From contig CM052816.1 of assembly GCA_028534125.1 (NCBI GenBank), forward strand, positions 48,114,001 to 48,178,000: a DNA stretch of 64,000 nucleotides. The letters are read 5' to 3'. The position numbers and the translations under genes are program-made. The DNA is from Lama glama (lineage: Eukaryota). This document shows, piece by piece, positions 13,721 to 27,859 of this stretch (the stretch's first letter is position 1; each line of letters starts with the position of its first letter). The notes beneath the pieces are model-generated. The model saw only the letters and a list, made by a program, of their open reading frames with translations, was not told the DNA's origin and searched no databases.

Positions 13721-15524
13721 TTCACTCACAGACTAAAGACAGCTTGCCTCTGCTGTACTAGGGGAATTAGTATGGATCTGCAAGGCATTTAGAGTTCTGA
13801 GGTATTAATGCTGAGGCTTCAAGGACAATTAAGATTCTCTAGGAAAAGGCATGGGAAAGAACAATCCTGTGAACAATCTTTTCCTCAGAGCAAAGAGGAC
13901 GTGCAAAAGGTTGAATCCGTGAAGCTATATGGCCAATGTTCAAGGATTTGACAATGGTACACTGATGGATTCTTGTGAGAGAGTGTGCCTCAACAAAACA
14001 GGTTGGTAAAGGAATGTTTGGAACAAATAATAAAGAACTAATCTAAAGATTTTGCATTTCTTCTTGTAGGAGGTTTGGTTATCACTGTATTTCAAGCATG
14101 TTCATTTTGAAATTACATTCAATTTAAAAGGCAGTATAGGTATTAATGTGGAAAAACAAATGAGTGACAAATGTACCAGAATCAGTGGTGTCAATCAGGC
14201 CAACATTGAGACAATACATTATTAAGGATTTGCTGAATTTGTGTGCGACTAGCAAGATTTTGGTTACTGCCACCAAGCATTGTACAAGACTACCTGGAAC
14301 TGTCGAATTAAGGAGCATGTTGGAAGACTGCGTCAATCACTGGGAAAAAGGGAAGAAAAAGTATTTTTTCATGAATACTCAGGAGATCATGAATTTTTGT
14401 TTAATAGTTATGAAGGGTAAATATGGGGCCAGATTTTATGTGTTATCTTGTGCCCACAGTGTGCTGACTACAGAAGAAACAATGTGCTGTAAGTCTCAGG
14501 AAATGTAGCTAATTTCACAAATTTGGCAAACACTTCACTTAGAATGGGAATCTGCATTTGGAGGAGACATTATCTTTTATCCTTAAAAATATTTTATTCT
14601 GAAGGAGGAGAGAGAAATACAGGAAAAATGGAGAGCCTTGAGGGAAGTGAGAACATTTTGACGTACTATGTTGCTACTCAGCCTCCTCTACCATCTTTGC
14701 TGATTCCTATGAAGCTATGGTAGGGCCACTCAAAGAGATGCAATAATTTAAAAGCAAACAATATATGGGCTATTTTACAATAATCCTGGCCAAACTAAGT
14801 TGGTCTTACCTAGATGGATTAAACAAATTCCTTTCCTTATGGTAGACAGCTGGACTTATTTTGTCTTTGTTAACATTTTCAACATGAACCTGCATAGATT
14901 TTTATATTGCTTAATGTTTTGAATTTCTCTATATATCTCCTCTGTGAGTCCATTATAATAGCAGAAAAAGTAAGCACCAGAAATGGAAAAGAAAATTTTC
15001 TTTTTGAAACCCAGTTATTCAGTAATTTGTTCCCCCTTAGAATTACAAGTAAGTGACATTAGCTAAGTCAACCCAACTGACGGACATAGAAAATACAAAA
15101 ACAAAGCTCTTAAAAATAATCTTGAGTAGGTTACTATTCTTATATCTTATATTCCACATACCAGGTAGCTGAGGAAGACTCTTTAGGAATGGAGAAAAAT
15201 TGCTGAATTAAAACTCTTAGAGACAATTTGAATGTGATCATTTAAATTTTAATGACCAGGGTAGAGATAAATACACTTTTAAATTTTAAAGAAAGGAACT
15301 TTTAAGTATTTAAGCTTTTGGGATATGTACTAAATAGTACTTAAAATACATGCACTGTAAATAAGATGAATACAATTTGCAAATACAAAAGATTTCACTT
15401 ATAATAAAGAAATATACAGAAAATTTGACTGCAATATTATTTTTTAAATTGGAGATTTTTTAAATGCACTCCTACTTTAGAATTGCATTCATCTATTCAC
15501 AAATCTTCTTTCTTGTTATAGAAA

Positions 15525-17445
15525 ACCAATATCACATTCATTGATTTGCAGATTTTGAAATATCCTTGCATCCCTGGGATAAATCCCACTTGATCATGGT
15601 GTATGATCCTATTAATGTACTTCTGTATTCAGCTTGCTCATATTTTGTTGAGAATTTCTGCATATGTTCACCAGTGATATTGGCTTGTAATTTTCTGTTT
15701 TGTGTGATATCTCTGCCTGGAATCAGGGTAATGCTGGCCTCATAGAATGAGTTCTGAAGTGTTCCATCCTCTGAAATTCTGGGGAATAACTTGAGAAGGA
15801 CAGGTGTTGACTCTCTCTAAATGTTTGATAGAATTCAACTGTGAAGACATTTGGTCCTAGACTTCTGTTTGTTGGGAATTCTTTTAGGGGGAGGGGTTGT
15901 TTGGTGTTTTTACTTATTCAATTTCATTGCTTGTATGGCTATAAACTTCACTCTTAGAATTGCCTTTGCTGAACCCTATGGATTTTGGATTGATGTGTTT
16001 TTGTTTTCCTTTGTCTCCTAATTTTTCTTTTAAATTTCTTTGATTTCTTCAGTGACTCATTGGTTGTTTGGTAGCATATTGCTTGTTTGTATTTTTGTGT
16101 TTGTTTTTTCCCTTGTAGTGGATTTCCAGTCTCAAAATGTGGTCAGAAAAGATGCTTGATATGATTTCAATTTTCTTAAATTTACTGAGACTTGTTTTGT
16201 GGCCTAGCATATGATTTATCCTGGGGTTGTTCCATGTGCAATTGAAAAGAATGTGTATTCTGCTTTTGAATGGAATGCTTCATATGTATCTATTAAGTCA
16301 ATTTGATTTAATGTGTCATTAAAGGCCAGTGTTCCTTATTGACATTATGTCTTGATGATCTGTTCACTGATGTAAGTGGAGTGTGAATGTTTTCTACTAT
16401 TATTGTGGTAATATTAATTTTTCTCTTTATGTTTGTTAATGTTTGCTTTATGTATGCAGGTGATCATATGTTGGGTTCATATATATTTAGAATTGTTATC
16501 TCGTTCATAGATTGAACCTTTTATCATTATGTAATGTCTTTCTTTGTCTCTTGGAACAATCTTTGCTTTAAAGTCTGCTTTATCTGGTATAAGTATTGCT
16601 ATCCTCACTTTCTTTTCATTTACATTTACGTGGAATACTATTTTTCCACCTCCTGACTTTTATTCTGTGCGTTTTTGGATCTGATGTGATTCTCCCACAG
16701 GCAACATCCATATGGGTCTTGTTTTTTTCTTTTATCCATTCAGTCACTCTGTGCCTTTTGATTAGAGCATTTAGTCCATTTACATTTGAAGTAATTATTA
16801 ATAGGTATGTACTTACTGCCATTTTGTTCATTATTTGGGGGTTGTTTATTACAGTTATTTTTTTTGTTTCTTTCTTCTTTTGTTCTCTTCCCTTGTGATT
16901 TGTTGATTATCCTTAAAGTTATGTATGTTATGTTTAGATTCCTTTGTCTTTTGTTTGTGTATGTACTTATAGACTTTGGTTGGTGATTAACCTGAGGTCT
17001 ATATATAGCAATCTACCTATATGCAATTATTTTAAGTTGTTAATCTCTTAAGTTCAAATGTATTTTTACAATCCTGCATTTTTACTATCCCCACCAATGT
17101 TTACTCTTTTGGACATAATATTTACCTCTTTTTGTTTTGTGTATCCCTTAGCTACTTATTATGGTTTTACATGATTTTACTACTTTTGTTTTCTAACCTT
17201 CCTATTAGCTTTATATGTGGTTGATTTACTAGATTTAGTTTACATTTGCCTTTACCATTGAGATTTTTCCTTTTGTCAATTTCATGTTTCTAGTTGTAGC
17301 CTTTTCTTTTTCACTTGGGGGGATCCCTTTAACATTTCCTGTAAAGATGGTTTGGTGGTGATGAACTCTGTTAGGTTTTACTTGTCTATAAAACTTCTGA
17401 TCTCTTCTTCTAGTCTGAATGAAAGCTTTGCTTAGTAGAGTATTA
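15525..17445 (-). mobile_element. Internal L1 fragment (ORF1 end, inter-ORF, ORF2 endonuclease and part of RT)
   Basis: ORF 16616..16831 (MAVSTYLLIITSNVNGLNALIKRHRVTEWIK) is the ORF2 endonuclease N-terminus; RT-region 'ccttgcatccctgggataaatcccacttgatcatggtg' at ~15.56 kb. Confidence 0.93.
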
Positions 17446-20400
17446 TTATTACCTTTCTATGGATATGCTTGGTCTTTTAATTGTTAAAAATGAATTCAGT
17501 ATTGCTTAAAAGGTTTTCTACAATTTGACATCTATTTTTCTTGCCTGATCTACTAACTTCTCACTTCTAATGTCTTTTCTAGTGATACTAAAATACTCAT
17601 TTCTCTATCATTTTGTTATTCAAGCTATCATTTAAAGCCCTTCAAATATTAGATGGCCAAACAATTTTAATTGCCAAATTAATTTGGTTCTAAGCTTTAA
17701 ACTCAAGACCTTCATGCACGAGGCATATACGATCACTGAGAAATATTTTTCAACTTGTTTCTCCTTTCACTTTCTTATTTTTGGGGTTTTTAAAAAATGA
17801 TTCATTAGTAAGATATTCCTAGATTATAATGCAAATGGACTTTTTCTGTGAAGTTTTTCTCTACATTATTATATAGCCAAACTGAACGTTTCATTTAGTT
17901 TATTTATTAAAATATCTAAACAGCTATCACTTCTTGATCTTGTGTCAAGATGTTAGTGATAGCCTACTAGATTTTATAAAGTAGATTGAACATAGGATTT
18001 ATTATCTGCACTGGACATTCTAAAGTAGAAAAGGGGTGCTTTTAATGTTACGTGGGAACAAGAGATATAAAACTGTACTCTTCTGGACAACCTTGTGTGT
18101 ATGGTCACTCTATATTCTTCACAGTAAACTCTCGTTAAGTTTTATAACTTCCAATTTATAGGTGAGTAAACTTGTCTGAGTAAGTAACAGAGCTCAGGAT
18201 TGGATTTAGAACCATTCTGTGATATCCATATTTTTTGAACCACATAGGCTCTCTTAATTTACATATTTTTTGACTTTTGATATCTTCACTCTAACTTATG
18301 TAAGTAGATTTTACTAACAGAAAAAATTCAAATGAGCATTTGAAAGAGAAGAGGAATGGCATTTACTGATAGAAAAATTTTTATTGATGTGAAAATAGTG
18401 AACTATTTTGAAAAACATAACTTACCAAGACTGAATCATCTTATCCTTTCCAAAAATTAAAAAAATAATTTGTAGTAATTATTTGAGTCAATTAAATGTT
18501 TTGTAGTATTTCCTTGATTGTTTACCAATTCAGGAAACAACAGAGTTGAACTTTCACCTAATTTTATGCAAATGAATTAAATATAATTTACCATGCTTAA
18601 TATAAACACATATGTATATACTTATGACACATGCAAAGCAATCATATTGTTTTTCTTGTTACTGTGGAATTATTATTATGTTTTGTTCTCAGTCTCTTAT
18701 CAAATAATGTTTCAGTTTTAGAAAGAAATGCAGTTTCAATGTATATTAATCTAGGTAAGAGGCACCATGGCATCTTCTAAATATTAAGTTTATTTTGAAT
18801 TTGTAACTTTGAGTTTATTGTGATTTTTAAAATGTTTGTGACTTATAAATTACATATCCATCAATCTCATGCTGGGCAATATTTTTAAAGTTTCAAAAAT
18901 GAAATATGGTTTCTAGGGGGCATCTGTTTTGAGAAAATGAATATGTAAGAGTTATTATCTTTTGGATTTTTATAACATATTGGCTCATTCTTATGATTAT
19001 TCATCATAAGTTTAACAGAGAAAAATAAAACTCAAATCACTTTTTATTTTTGTAGTATATGAGAAAAAAGTAAGCATGCAACAGCTAGGAAGGGGGATGG
19101 TGGTGGCAGGATCACTATGCAGAGCCCTAATTCTTTTACCTTGTCTGAAGGAGAAAAGGTACTTTATGCAACCAGCCATTAAATTCATCAGGGGAGAAGA
19201 GAAATAACTAGACTCTACCATATATCAGAATAAGTGGCAAAAAAAAAAAAAAAGGAAGCCAGCCCAAGGGCCATGTTTATGGCTGGAACATTAAATCTGC
19301 CTTTGTACTGACTTGATTAAAATACAGTCCTCAGACCTGGGTTATCTGTATCATTTTGAATACACACATTTGTGTTTTCAAATCAAACATTATTGTTTTA
19401 CTACATGATTTAGTGTTAAGATAAACTCTAACAAGTTCTAAATCATTTAATAATTTGGATTTAGATATGAAAAGAACAAGATTATTAAGAGACCCAAGAA
19501 ATCAAGCTCCAGAACATAAACTTGCCTGTGGCTAATCTAGTATGAATATTATGTAGGCACAATTTGATATCACAATGCAGGTTTTATTTTAAAACATGAG
19601 TATGTTTCTGAAGTAAAAAGCCAGAAGTATACAGTGTGTATTCTATAGGTATATGTATGTATTATAAGCTCAGAAAACATGAAGAAATTTTATTTTTGAT
19701 ATGTTGAGATTAGAAGTGAAAAACATATCTAATCAGCTATTTAACTGTGTCCAAAAAATATAAACTATCGGTAAGATCAAGAGAAGACAGAGTGAAGCAA
19801 GAGAGCAAGAGACAGGCTCAGAGAAGGGGGAAAAAAGGAAAAATTCTAAGATTATATGTAATTGATGGAATAAATTCTGCATATAAAAACCTGAAATCAT
19901 AAAACTGATTAACTAGAAGACTGGTGATTAATTTCAATGGAAAGTATTCCTCACTCTATGAAAGGATTAAATTGAAGGATTCTTTAATAATGTCTGAAAT
20001 GTTTTACAAACTATTACCTACTTTGCCTTGGGACAAAAAATCTATAGCTGAAGAATTAGAAGCCATAGCTAATGGAAAGTTAATTAGAAAGAAAAAAACA
20101 GTAAAGTAACTCTGAAAATTAAAGTCAGTCAGTGAAGAAAGAGCTTCTATTTTTACATTTGGATGCAACCTCAGGATTTCCTCAGTGAACTGCAGTATCA
20201 TTGACCCAATATTTCTTTAGTTCCAAATATCAGTGTGGCATTCTGACTGCCAACCTCAATTGCAATGATTGCCCAGGAAATAACATGAAGCAGGAATGTT
20301 AAAAATTCAGAAATTTGTAAGAGGAAAGAGTAGCCAATTAAGGAGAATCAGAACATTTAAGATGTTTCAGAAATAGAGTACAGTTTATCATCTAATATAA

Positions 20401-21849
20401 GAGTGAAGAACAAATTACAAAGAATTGGTTTGCAGCAGTATGTTTTGGCCCCTGAAAAGTGCTGGAGTGATTAAGAAACTTATAGAAGTTATGTGCTCCT
20501 TGATAAATATGGGTATTTTAGGCCAACTTTGAGACAGAACTTTATCTGAAACTATATTTTTGATGAAGACTCAATCTCAAAGTTGTAAAGTTGTTTTAGA
20601 ACTCTTAATTTCCCTCCCAATATTCACTCCTCATCTAGGTACAAGCCCTGCTCTCCTCACTGTCTCCTTTGCCTTCAACAAGTAAAAATCAGATTTGCAG
20701 CTTGTATTTTAATCTGTCTTCGTAGGGCAAGGAGGGTGGTAATATTTCTGATTTTACCACATCATTCAGGGAGTTTCATGCCAGTGTTTCCATTTTAACA
20801 ATAAATATAATGCATCATTTATAACCTTCTGGCAGCTCAGCCTGACCAATCTTGTACCTGAGATGTTAAATATGAAGAGATAGGTTAAAAAAGAAAATAC
20901 ACATTAAAATAAATGAAAGTATTTAATTACAGACATGAGGTTGAAGCAGATGCAGATGGCAAAATATCTGGGAAAGAAATGTAGAATACAATGAAGCATA
21001 TTTATTGGTACATTGTAATCAGTGGAAATAAAACTATATTGATCTTTTATTATATCTTCAATTTCAATATTCATCATTTTTAATGTAAAGAAATAAATTT
21101 TATATAAAACCTTAATGGCATTTGGACATCAAGTAAATATTTTCTTCTGATAATTATGGTTCTATTTAGAAGCATAAATAAAATAATTTGCAGGAGCAAA
21201 ATTTCTGTTTGCATTGACTTAATGAGTAAGTATGGCATTGTTTATGCAAAATAAATGAAGGTAAGAACAAAAAAATCTAAATAAATATGCATTTAATTTT
21301 CATTTCAAAAATCTTTAATTATACACATCTGTATGTCTAAGAAACACAACTAAGCAATTAATCGTATAAACAAGCTAAAAAGTTATGAGAACATTAGCTA
21401 GATTGTGATGGTTATTGAATCTTTTATTTATACTTTTTTCTTCAAGACAGAAAAATTTTATGGCACAAATACTTGCAAATGTGTCATTGATTCAGTCAAT
21501 GGCTAGAAATAACCTGCATTGGAAATAAATCAGAATATGGCCTATAGCAAAAGTTCCAAACCTGGCTAAATTTCATAACCCTTGAAAAAGCTTTTTTAAA
21601 ATTTAGATACTCAGGCTTTCTTCTTAGAGATTTTGATTCAGTAAGAGGTGGGAATTAAATATTCTCAAGCAGCATCTTTATAAACATTCTTTTTCCAATA
21701 GTCTTTTCTATGCATCTTACTCCATCACATTTCTCTGCCTACCAGTATTATTTTAGATAAATACTTAATTGCGCTCTACTGTCATATTCTCAAGAGGACG
21801 CAGATTCTCTAGGTTTTTAAATTTTTTGATTGCTTTTGATGATAACTTA

Positions 21850-22110
21850 TTATATAATTCCATCTACATGAAATGTTCAGAAAGAGCAAATTAACAGAGA
21901 CAGAAAGTAGTCTAGTGGTTGCCAGTGCCTGAGGGGAGAGAAGAGGGAAAATAGGAGAGACTGTCAGTAAGTATAGGATTTCTATTTTGGGGTGATAAAA
22001 ACGTTCTGGAATAGATAGTGGTGATAGATGCACAACCCTACAAGTATACTAAAAGCCACTGAATAGTGTATTTCAAAAGTGTGAATTTGGTGATATATTA
22101 ATTATATTTT
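21850..22110 (+). mobile_element. L1MB-like 3' end fragment
   Basis: 'attccatctacatgaaatgttcagaa...gagacagaaagtagtctagtggttgcc...ggggtgataaaaacgttctggaatagatagtggtgat'. Confidence 0.85.
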
Positions 22111-22450
22111 AACTTCAGTAATTGATGAAGCAAAACAATTTTTGGTGGTATTATCAAATTTCATCTTAGAAAATTTATATAACTTGACCGTGGTAAAAAA
22201 CAACAAAAAACTAAAATAAAACTACAACTGAAACTAATAAATGGCAGAACCTAAAGAATGATACCTGGAAACACATAAATATTTTTGATTGATTGAATGA
22301 ATATGTAAAGGAATTTAAGTCATCTGCCTCTAAAGCTTGCTTTGGTAGACATCATATATTATCTCCAGATGCTATGTGGTCTTTGCTCTCTTATTCTTAT
22401 TTTCTTCTTTTTCTTGTTCTTATTTTTATTCTTTCTAATGCTCATTCTTT

Positions 22451-23149
22451 TTTTATATACGTATATTTTAATTGAAGTATAGTCAGTTTACAATGTTGTG
22501 TTAATTTCTGGTGTACAGCATAATGCTTCAGTCATAGATGAACAAACATATATTCATTTTCATATTCTTTTTTCACCGTAAGTTACTATGAGATATTGAA
22601 TATAGTTTCCTGTGCTATACAGTATGAACTTGTTGTTTATCTATTTTATATATAGTAGTTAGTATCTGGAAATCTCAAACTCCCAACTTATTTCTTCCCA
22701 TCTCTTTCCCCTCCTGGTAACGATAAGTTTGTTTTCTATGTCTGTGAGTCTGTTTCTGTTTTGTAAATACATTTGTCTTTTTTTTTTTTTTTTAGATTCC
22801 ATATATAAGTGATATCATATGGTAATTTTCTTTCTCTTTCTGGCTTGTTTCACTTAGAATGGCCATCCCCACCCATGTTGCTGCAAATGGCATTATTTTA
22901 TTCTTTTTTATGGCTAAGTAGTATCCCATTGTATAAATACAGCACAACTTCTTTATCCAGTCATGTGTTGATGGACATTTAAGTTGTTTTCATGTCTTGG
23001 CTATTGTAAATAGTGCTGCTATGAACAATGGGGTGCATGCATCTTTTTGAATTGAAGTTCCCTCTGGATATATGCCTAGGAGTGGGATTGCTGGATCATA
23101 TGGTAACTCAATTTTTAGTCTTTTAAGGAATCGCCATACTATTTTCCAT
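22451..23149 (-). mobile_element. 5'-truncated young L1 3' end with TSD
   Basis: Reverse complement resembles the 3'UTR of the 6110-7650 L1; flanked by atgctcattcttt (22438-22450) and atgcttattcttt (23150-23162). Confidence 0.93.
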
Positions 23150-23229
23150 ATGCTTATTCTTTATCTTATACTCAAGAGTCTATAGGTTCTCTGTTTTAAA
23201 ATTTTGTGATTAAATTTTGATGATAACTT

Positions 23230-23320
23230 ATAGGATTCCATTTATATGAAATGTCCAGAGTAAGCAAATTCATAGAGACACAAAGTAGATTAGTAGTTGC
23301 TAGGGTCTAGGGCTGAGGGT
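23230..23320 (+). mobile_element. L1MB-like fragment (part of a local duplication)
   Basis: 'gattccatttatatgaaatgtccagagtaagcaaattcatagagacacaaagtagattagtagttgc'. Confidence 0.75.
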
Positions 23321-25868
23321 AGAGCACATCTTATAGCATAAATTTAGTGTAAGCAACAAGATCATATTTAATTTTCATTTTTTTGCATATGATGAAATCT
23401 CTTGAACTCCAACATGTTTTACTCCAAAAACTTGAATGAAATAGTTGAATGAGTATATAAGCCACTTAAGGCCATAATGAGATGTATATGTGATAATTAT
23501 GTGACAATTTTAATGATACTGACATATTACAAAATGCAGACAATTGGTATGTTGGTGGGAATTATGTATGTTGATTATGTTGTTAAATGATTATGTTTAA
23601 AAAAATGAGATACATATTCTTTTCAACAGTAGCTTGGCTGTAAGGGTTAATCTAATTGCCTTCTTTATAGTTGTGTCTGTTACACATTTGTACTGCTCCT
23701 ATGGTAATAGAGAAATCTAGTTTAGAATTATTGTAAATGTAATTTGTGTCCCTTTGTTTTGATTTGTTAAAGTGTAGCTTTACTGTAGCTGTGCAACACT
23801 ATTGATAATATTCTTAAACTTATTTCCATTTTAAAAGGATGACAGATTATATCTCTGGATATTTGAAGATGTCCATAGTGATCAGCTAACAGAAAGCTAA
23901 TCAATTTATTTGGAAAAAACTCCTTGGGTAAAGAGGATTTCCACTTACAACTGATGTTTTCAATATGCTACTAAGTTGTACACAATTACTTCATTTATTC
24001 TTTTTTGGAGGGCTACTGTTTTCAAGTTTTACTTAAATGACAGTCACTTTAATTCAAGAAGGAACCAGAATCTTTGTTTTTCGTTTCAAAATCAGAGAGG
24101 CTAATTTTAAACATCTTACCTCTTAATTGATTGCCAATTATCCGCAGCTTAATTCTTTTTTCATATAAAATTATATAGTGCTGCTCCTACACATTCCTTC
24201 TTCTTTTATTATTTTATCTCCTTTTGTTTCTTAGCAATGGAACGATAAATTAATGTTTACTGCAACACATTATCACTGTTAACTTATCAGCATTAGCCAT
24301 GGATCCATTTTCCTTTTCATCACGATAAGAAATGTACTGCTTGATAAGAAAATATATCCCAGACAAGCAGTTTGAAGTATTATGTTTTGTCTTTGGTATT
24401 CTCTGTAGGTATTGCTTCCAAGGGAAGAAAATTTGTCTTCTGTTGGCAAATTATTATTCTGCTCATTACTTGGCTCTCATTATGTCTTCATCTTAGCAGT
24501 GCAGGATTTCTGTGCACAATATGCCTTGTTGTGTTTGTGCTGGTTTTAGTACTGAGATACTGCTTTGATAGGGGTTGCTATCCTGACAGGTAGAAAAGAA
24601 ATCTTTCCTGAACTGAGGGATGGATTAACAGAAATAATGATCTGTGTTTAGACATGTACGATCACTGATCTACCTACCGAAGTTAACATTTTTCTTATGA
24701 TCCTTAAGCATCTGCCAGTATAAAGTGATTTGGGGAGGGTGTAAGAGAATGAAAATCAATTTTAAGTAGCTTATAATCTGTACTGTATTCACATTCTCCA
24801 TATGTAAAATTTCAGATTCTATGAAAATGTGGCTACACTGTTGCAGAGCTAGAAGAAATTCTTTCCAAATCTGAAGTTTTTTCTCACTCCAAAATGACCA
24901 TATTCAGATCATCTCCCAAGTAAAAAATCATTTTTCTGTGAAGACCTTACAATTTATGTTTCTACCCGTAGCATATTTAACTTTGGAAGACTTCTTGTGT
25001 ACCAGACACTGAAATAAGCTCTTTATGTGTCAAATACAACTTTTCTCAATAATTTTACTAGCCTCATACTAAAAGTAGGAAATAAAGATGCTGTGTAAGA
25101 ATTCAGGTTTGTCTCTTCTCAGAAGCAGATCTGTTAATCACTGTATTCAACTCATGTTCACATTTTTCATAAGTGTATTGTTCATCTATCAAACAGAATG
25201 AGTTCCAGAATTTATAAATAAATTCATGTTTTCACTTTTCACAGCTTTTGCTTTTCCTTCATTTATGTAGAATGGTTTACTTGGTTTCAGTTTAAATCTC
25301 TGAAGAAAACATATCAATGAGTCAATTGTAAAAAAATTCTCTCCACAATATTTATCTGTAATATATCTCATTTCAATTCACCTTCTTTCTTCATGAATGT
25401 ATCTTCTCATGAATACAGTTCTTTCTATGCCACTTTTCAAATGTACCACATTATATTTCAGAGTTCTGTTGTTCTATTTTTAAGTATATTCAGGCATTTT
25501 ATTCTTTCAATACAGAGTTTATTTTTCATCCTTTTTTTTTTGGCTTTTTCCTTTTAAGGCACTGCTCTCCATGTGACTCTAATTAACTACCATGTTCATA
25601 GATAAGATAAATTTATTGTAACTTTATGTTAGGTTCTTAACTAATAAGCAGACACTTGTACATTTCTAGGTTTCAAGGAGAAAGAATGCAATTAATCAAA
25701 TTCCATACAAAACTTGAATGTCCTTAGTATTTTATACCAGGTCTAAATAATACATCTAACCACACTGTGACTCAAAACATTTTTCCTTCTCCATATATAT
25801 GTCAAGAAAAGGTAGAGTGCCATTTTGATTCATTGATGACAGTAGGACAGGAAAAATAAGTTGTGGTA

Positions 25869-26026
25869 TGTATAGCACAGGCAACTATATTCAATTTCTT
25901 ATAATAAGCTATAATGGAAAAGAATCTGAAAAAATACATATGTATTCATATGAATAACTAAATTGCTTTGCTATACACCTGAAACTAATATTATAAATCA
26001 AGCACACGTCAATGAAAAATGAAATA
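25869..26026 (+). mobile_element. Very short L1 3' end with perfect 17-bp TSD
   Basis: 'tgtatagcacaggcaactatattcaa...tatacacctgaaacta'; aaaaataagttgtggta at 25852-25868 and 26027-26043. Confidence 0.9.
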
Positions 26027-26253
26027 AAAAATAAGTTGTGGTAGTTTTGGGAGACTGGAATAAGGGGTTGAAAGATTTAGCATAGCATTTCAACACCTCT
26101 ATGGGAAGAATTAATCCAAATCATATGAAACTGTGTTCTAATGTTCAGGGCATTGCATATTTGATTGTATTTTGGGAACAGTTTGTCCTGTGCACATATA
26201 TAAATAGATGTTTCTTTTCAGAAGAAAGTTTCAATTGATATTGTAAAAATTAA

Positions 26254-26290
26254 GAGGAGAGGAAGAGAGAAATAGAGAGAGAGAGAGAGA
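26254..26290. repeat. GA-rich microsatellite
   Basis: gaggagaggaagagagaaatagagagagagagagaga. Confidence 0.8.
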
Positions 26291-27859
26291 ATTATTAGAC
26301 TATTTAGAAGAATAGGACTAAAAACCACTTTAAGTATTGTTACTAAGTATATTATTTACAGTAGAATCCAAAATATATTCTTGTAACATAATATGAATGT
26401 GTTAAAATTGATAGAAATGTGCAAAGTAGTCTAAGTAAAAACTGAATGTGGAATTCTAGTCTTCAAGAATTTTGGGGAAACATTAATAAAAAATATTCTT
26501 CCTGTAGGTCTAAGTAAAGGACCAGGCAAAATCAAAATATCAGCTTACTTAGGATCTATTTCTTTCATTTAACTATGTGACACTGGTGTTTTGAAAGTTA
26601 ATGTAGAATCATGCAAAATGTGAAACGGACACACAGATTTTAACAAGGTAAGTGAGGGTCATCACCAAGTTTTTATCATTACTGAGAATTGGCAAAATGC
26701 CGCGAAGATGTAATTTGCAATAAGATTGGCATTTCACAGTTTGCTTCATACACATCTTAATCATTGTGAATCTAAGAGAGATAGTTAATAAGGATGGGCT
26801 TTTGTAATGAGATTCTTTTTCCTGGGAGAAATGAGATTCTGGCACTTCCAGTATTTCATACAGAATCTATCTTTGCATTCCTCTCACAGGACTCACTCAG
26901 GAGGGTTATGGTCTTTGCAAGTCATAGAAGAAAGAAGACTAAATGACATAAAATAAACATTGTCCTCACACTGTTCTACAATAAATCTGAACTCAGAAGA
27001 TCCCTACCTCATTTCTAATGTTGCATTTCATCCTTAACCAAAATATGTGTCAGCTAGGAAAAGGCAGGAAATTCCTAGCTGGTAATAGGATTATGGTGCC
27101 TTAATCCAAGAAGGTTGTGCAAAGACTAATATTTCAAATTGTCATTTTGTTTGGTCCTTTGGCAGATTTCCTTTAGATAATACTACCCTCATGTACACCT
27201 TACTTACACTACAGTAAAATTCTGGTTGAGAAAGACACCACTCTCCTGTAAAGTGGAAACAGGACTATTGTGAATATGGACATGGGAAAGGTTAAAGGCC
27301 TGGAAACTCACGTTCAGAAAGAGAACATATGGGATTTGAATATATAGAATTGATGTTGTTAAAACTATCTTTTGTTTACATGAACCACTTGTACACATGT
27401 ATCTCTGCTAGAAGTCCACTGATTTCAACAGTGTTTAAGGTAATACTTCAATCTCTTTTTTTGGGTGAAAAGAGTTCAGTCTCGATTTGTTCTTTACTTT
27501 GCAGTCTGTTTCTCTAGGATAACATCCGGAGGTGGAAAGTGGAGAATGGTATATGGTTATATGCCCAGGTGGCTTTTTAGGAACTATTGTTCCTCTCTTC
27601 CCCCTCCTCTTCCTTTCTTCCTATCTGTCTCTGCATGCACACTGGCATTTAATGGTCTCTGGAGCTATATGCCTTGCCCACTCAAATACTGCACTGTGCA
27701 AGTCTCTGATACTAAAGTCTGAAGAGAGTGTAATTTGTGATCTGTTTTATATTATTTAGGCAAAGTTTAGATAGATGAAGTTTTAATCCATATTCAGTAT
27801 CACTGGGTCTAAAAATTCAAGTTAAGACCTCCTGAATCTTACAACCCAAATTACATATT

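Noticed and set aside
14164..14508. 114-aa ORF in apparently non-repeat DNA
   Set aside because: GTG start, no recognisable protein similarity and no convincing splice context; a BLASTX search could still reveal a decayed retrocopy
26600..26655. Strong splice-donor-like AAG|GTAAGT at ~26648
   Set aside because: No convincing upstream acceptor or recognisable peptide; such motifs occur by chance in 64 kb
27051..27081. 10-bp-stem hairpins (cagctaggaa/ttcctagctg; also ctagattcaa/ttgaatctag at ~62638-62667)
   Set aside because: Too short to separate from chance or minor local template switches
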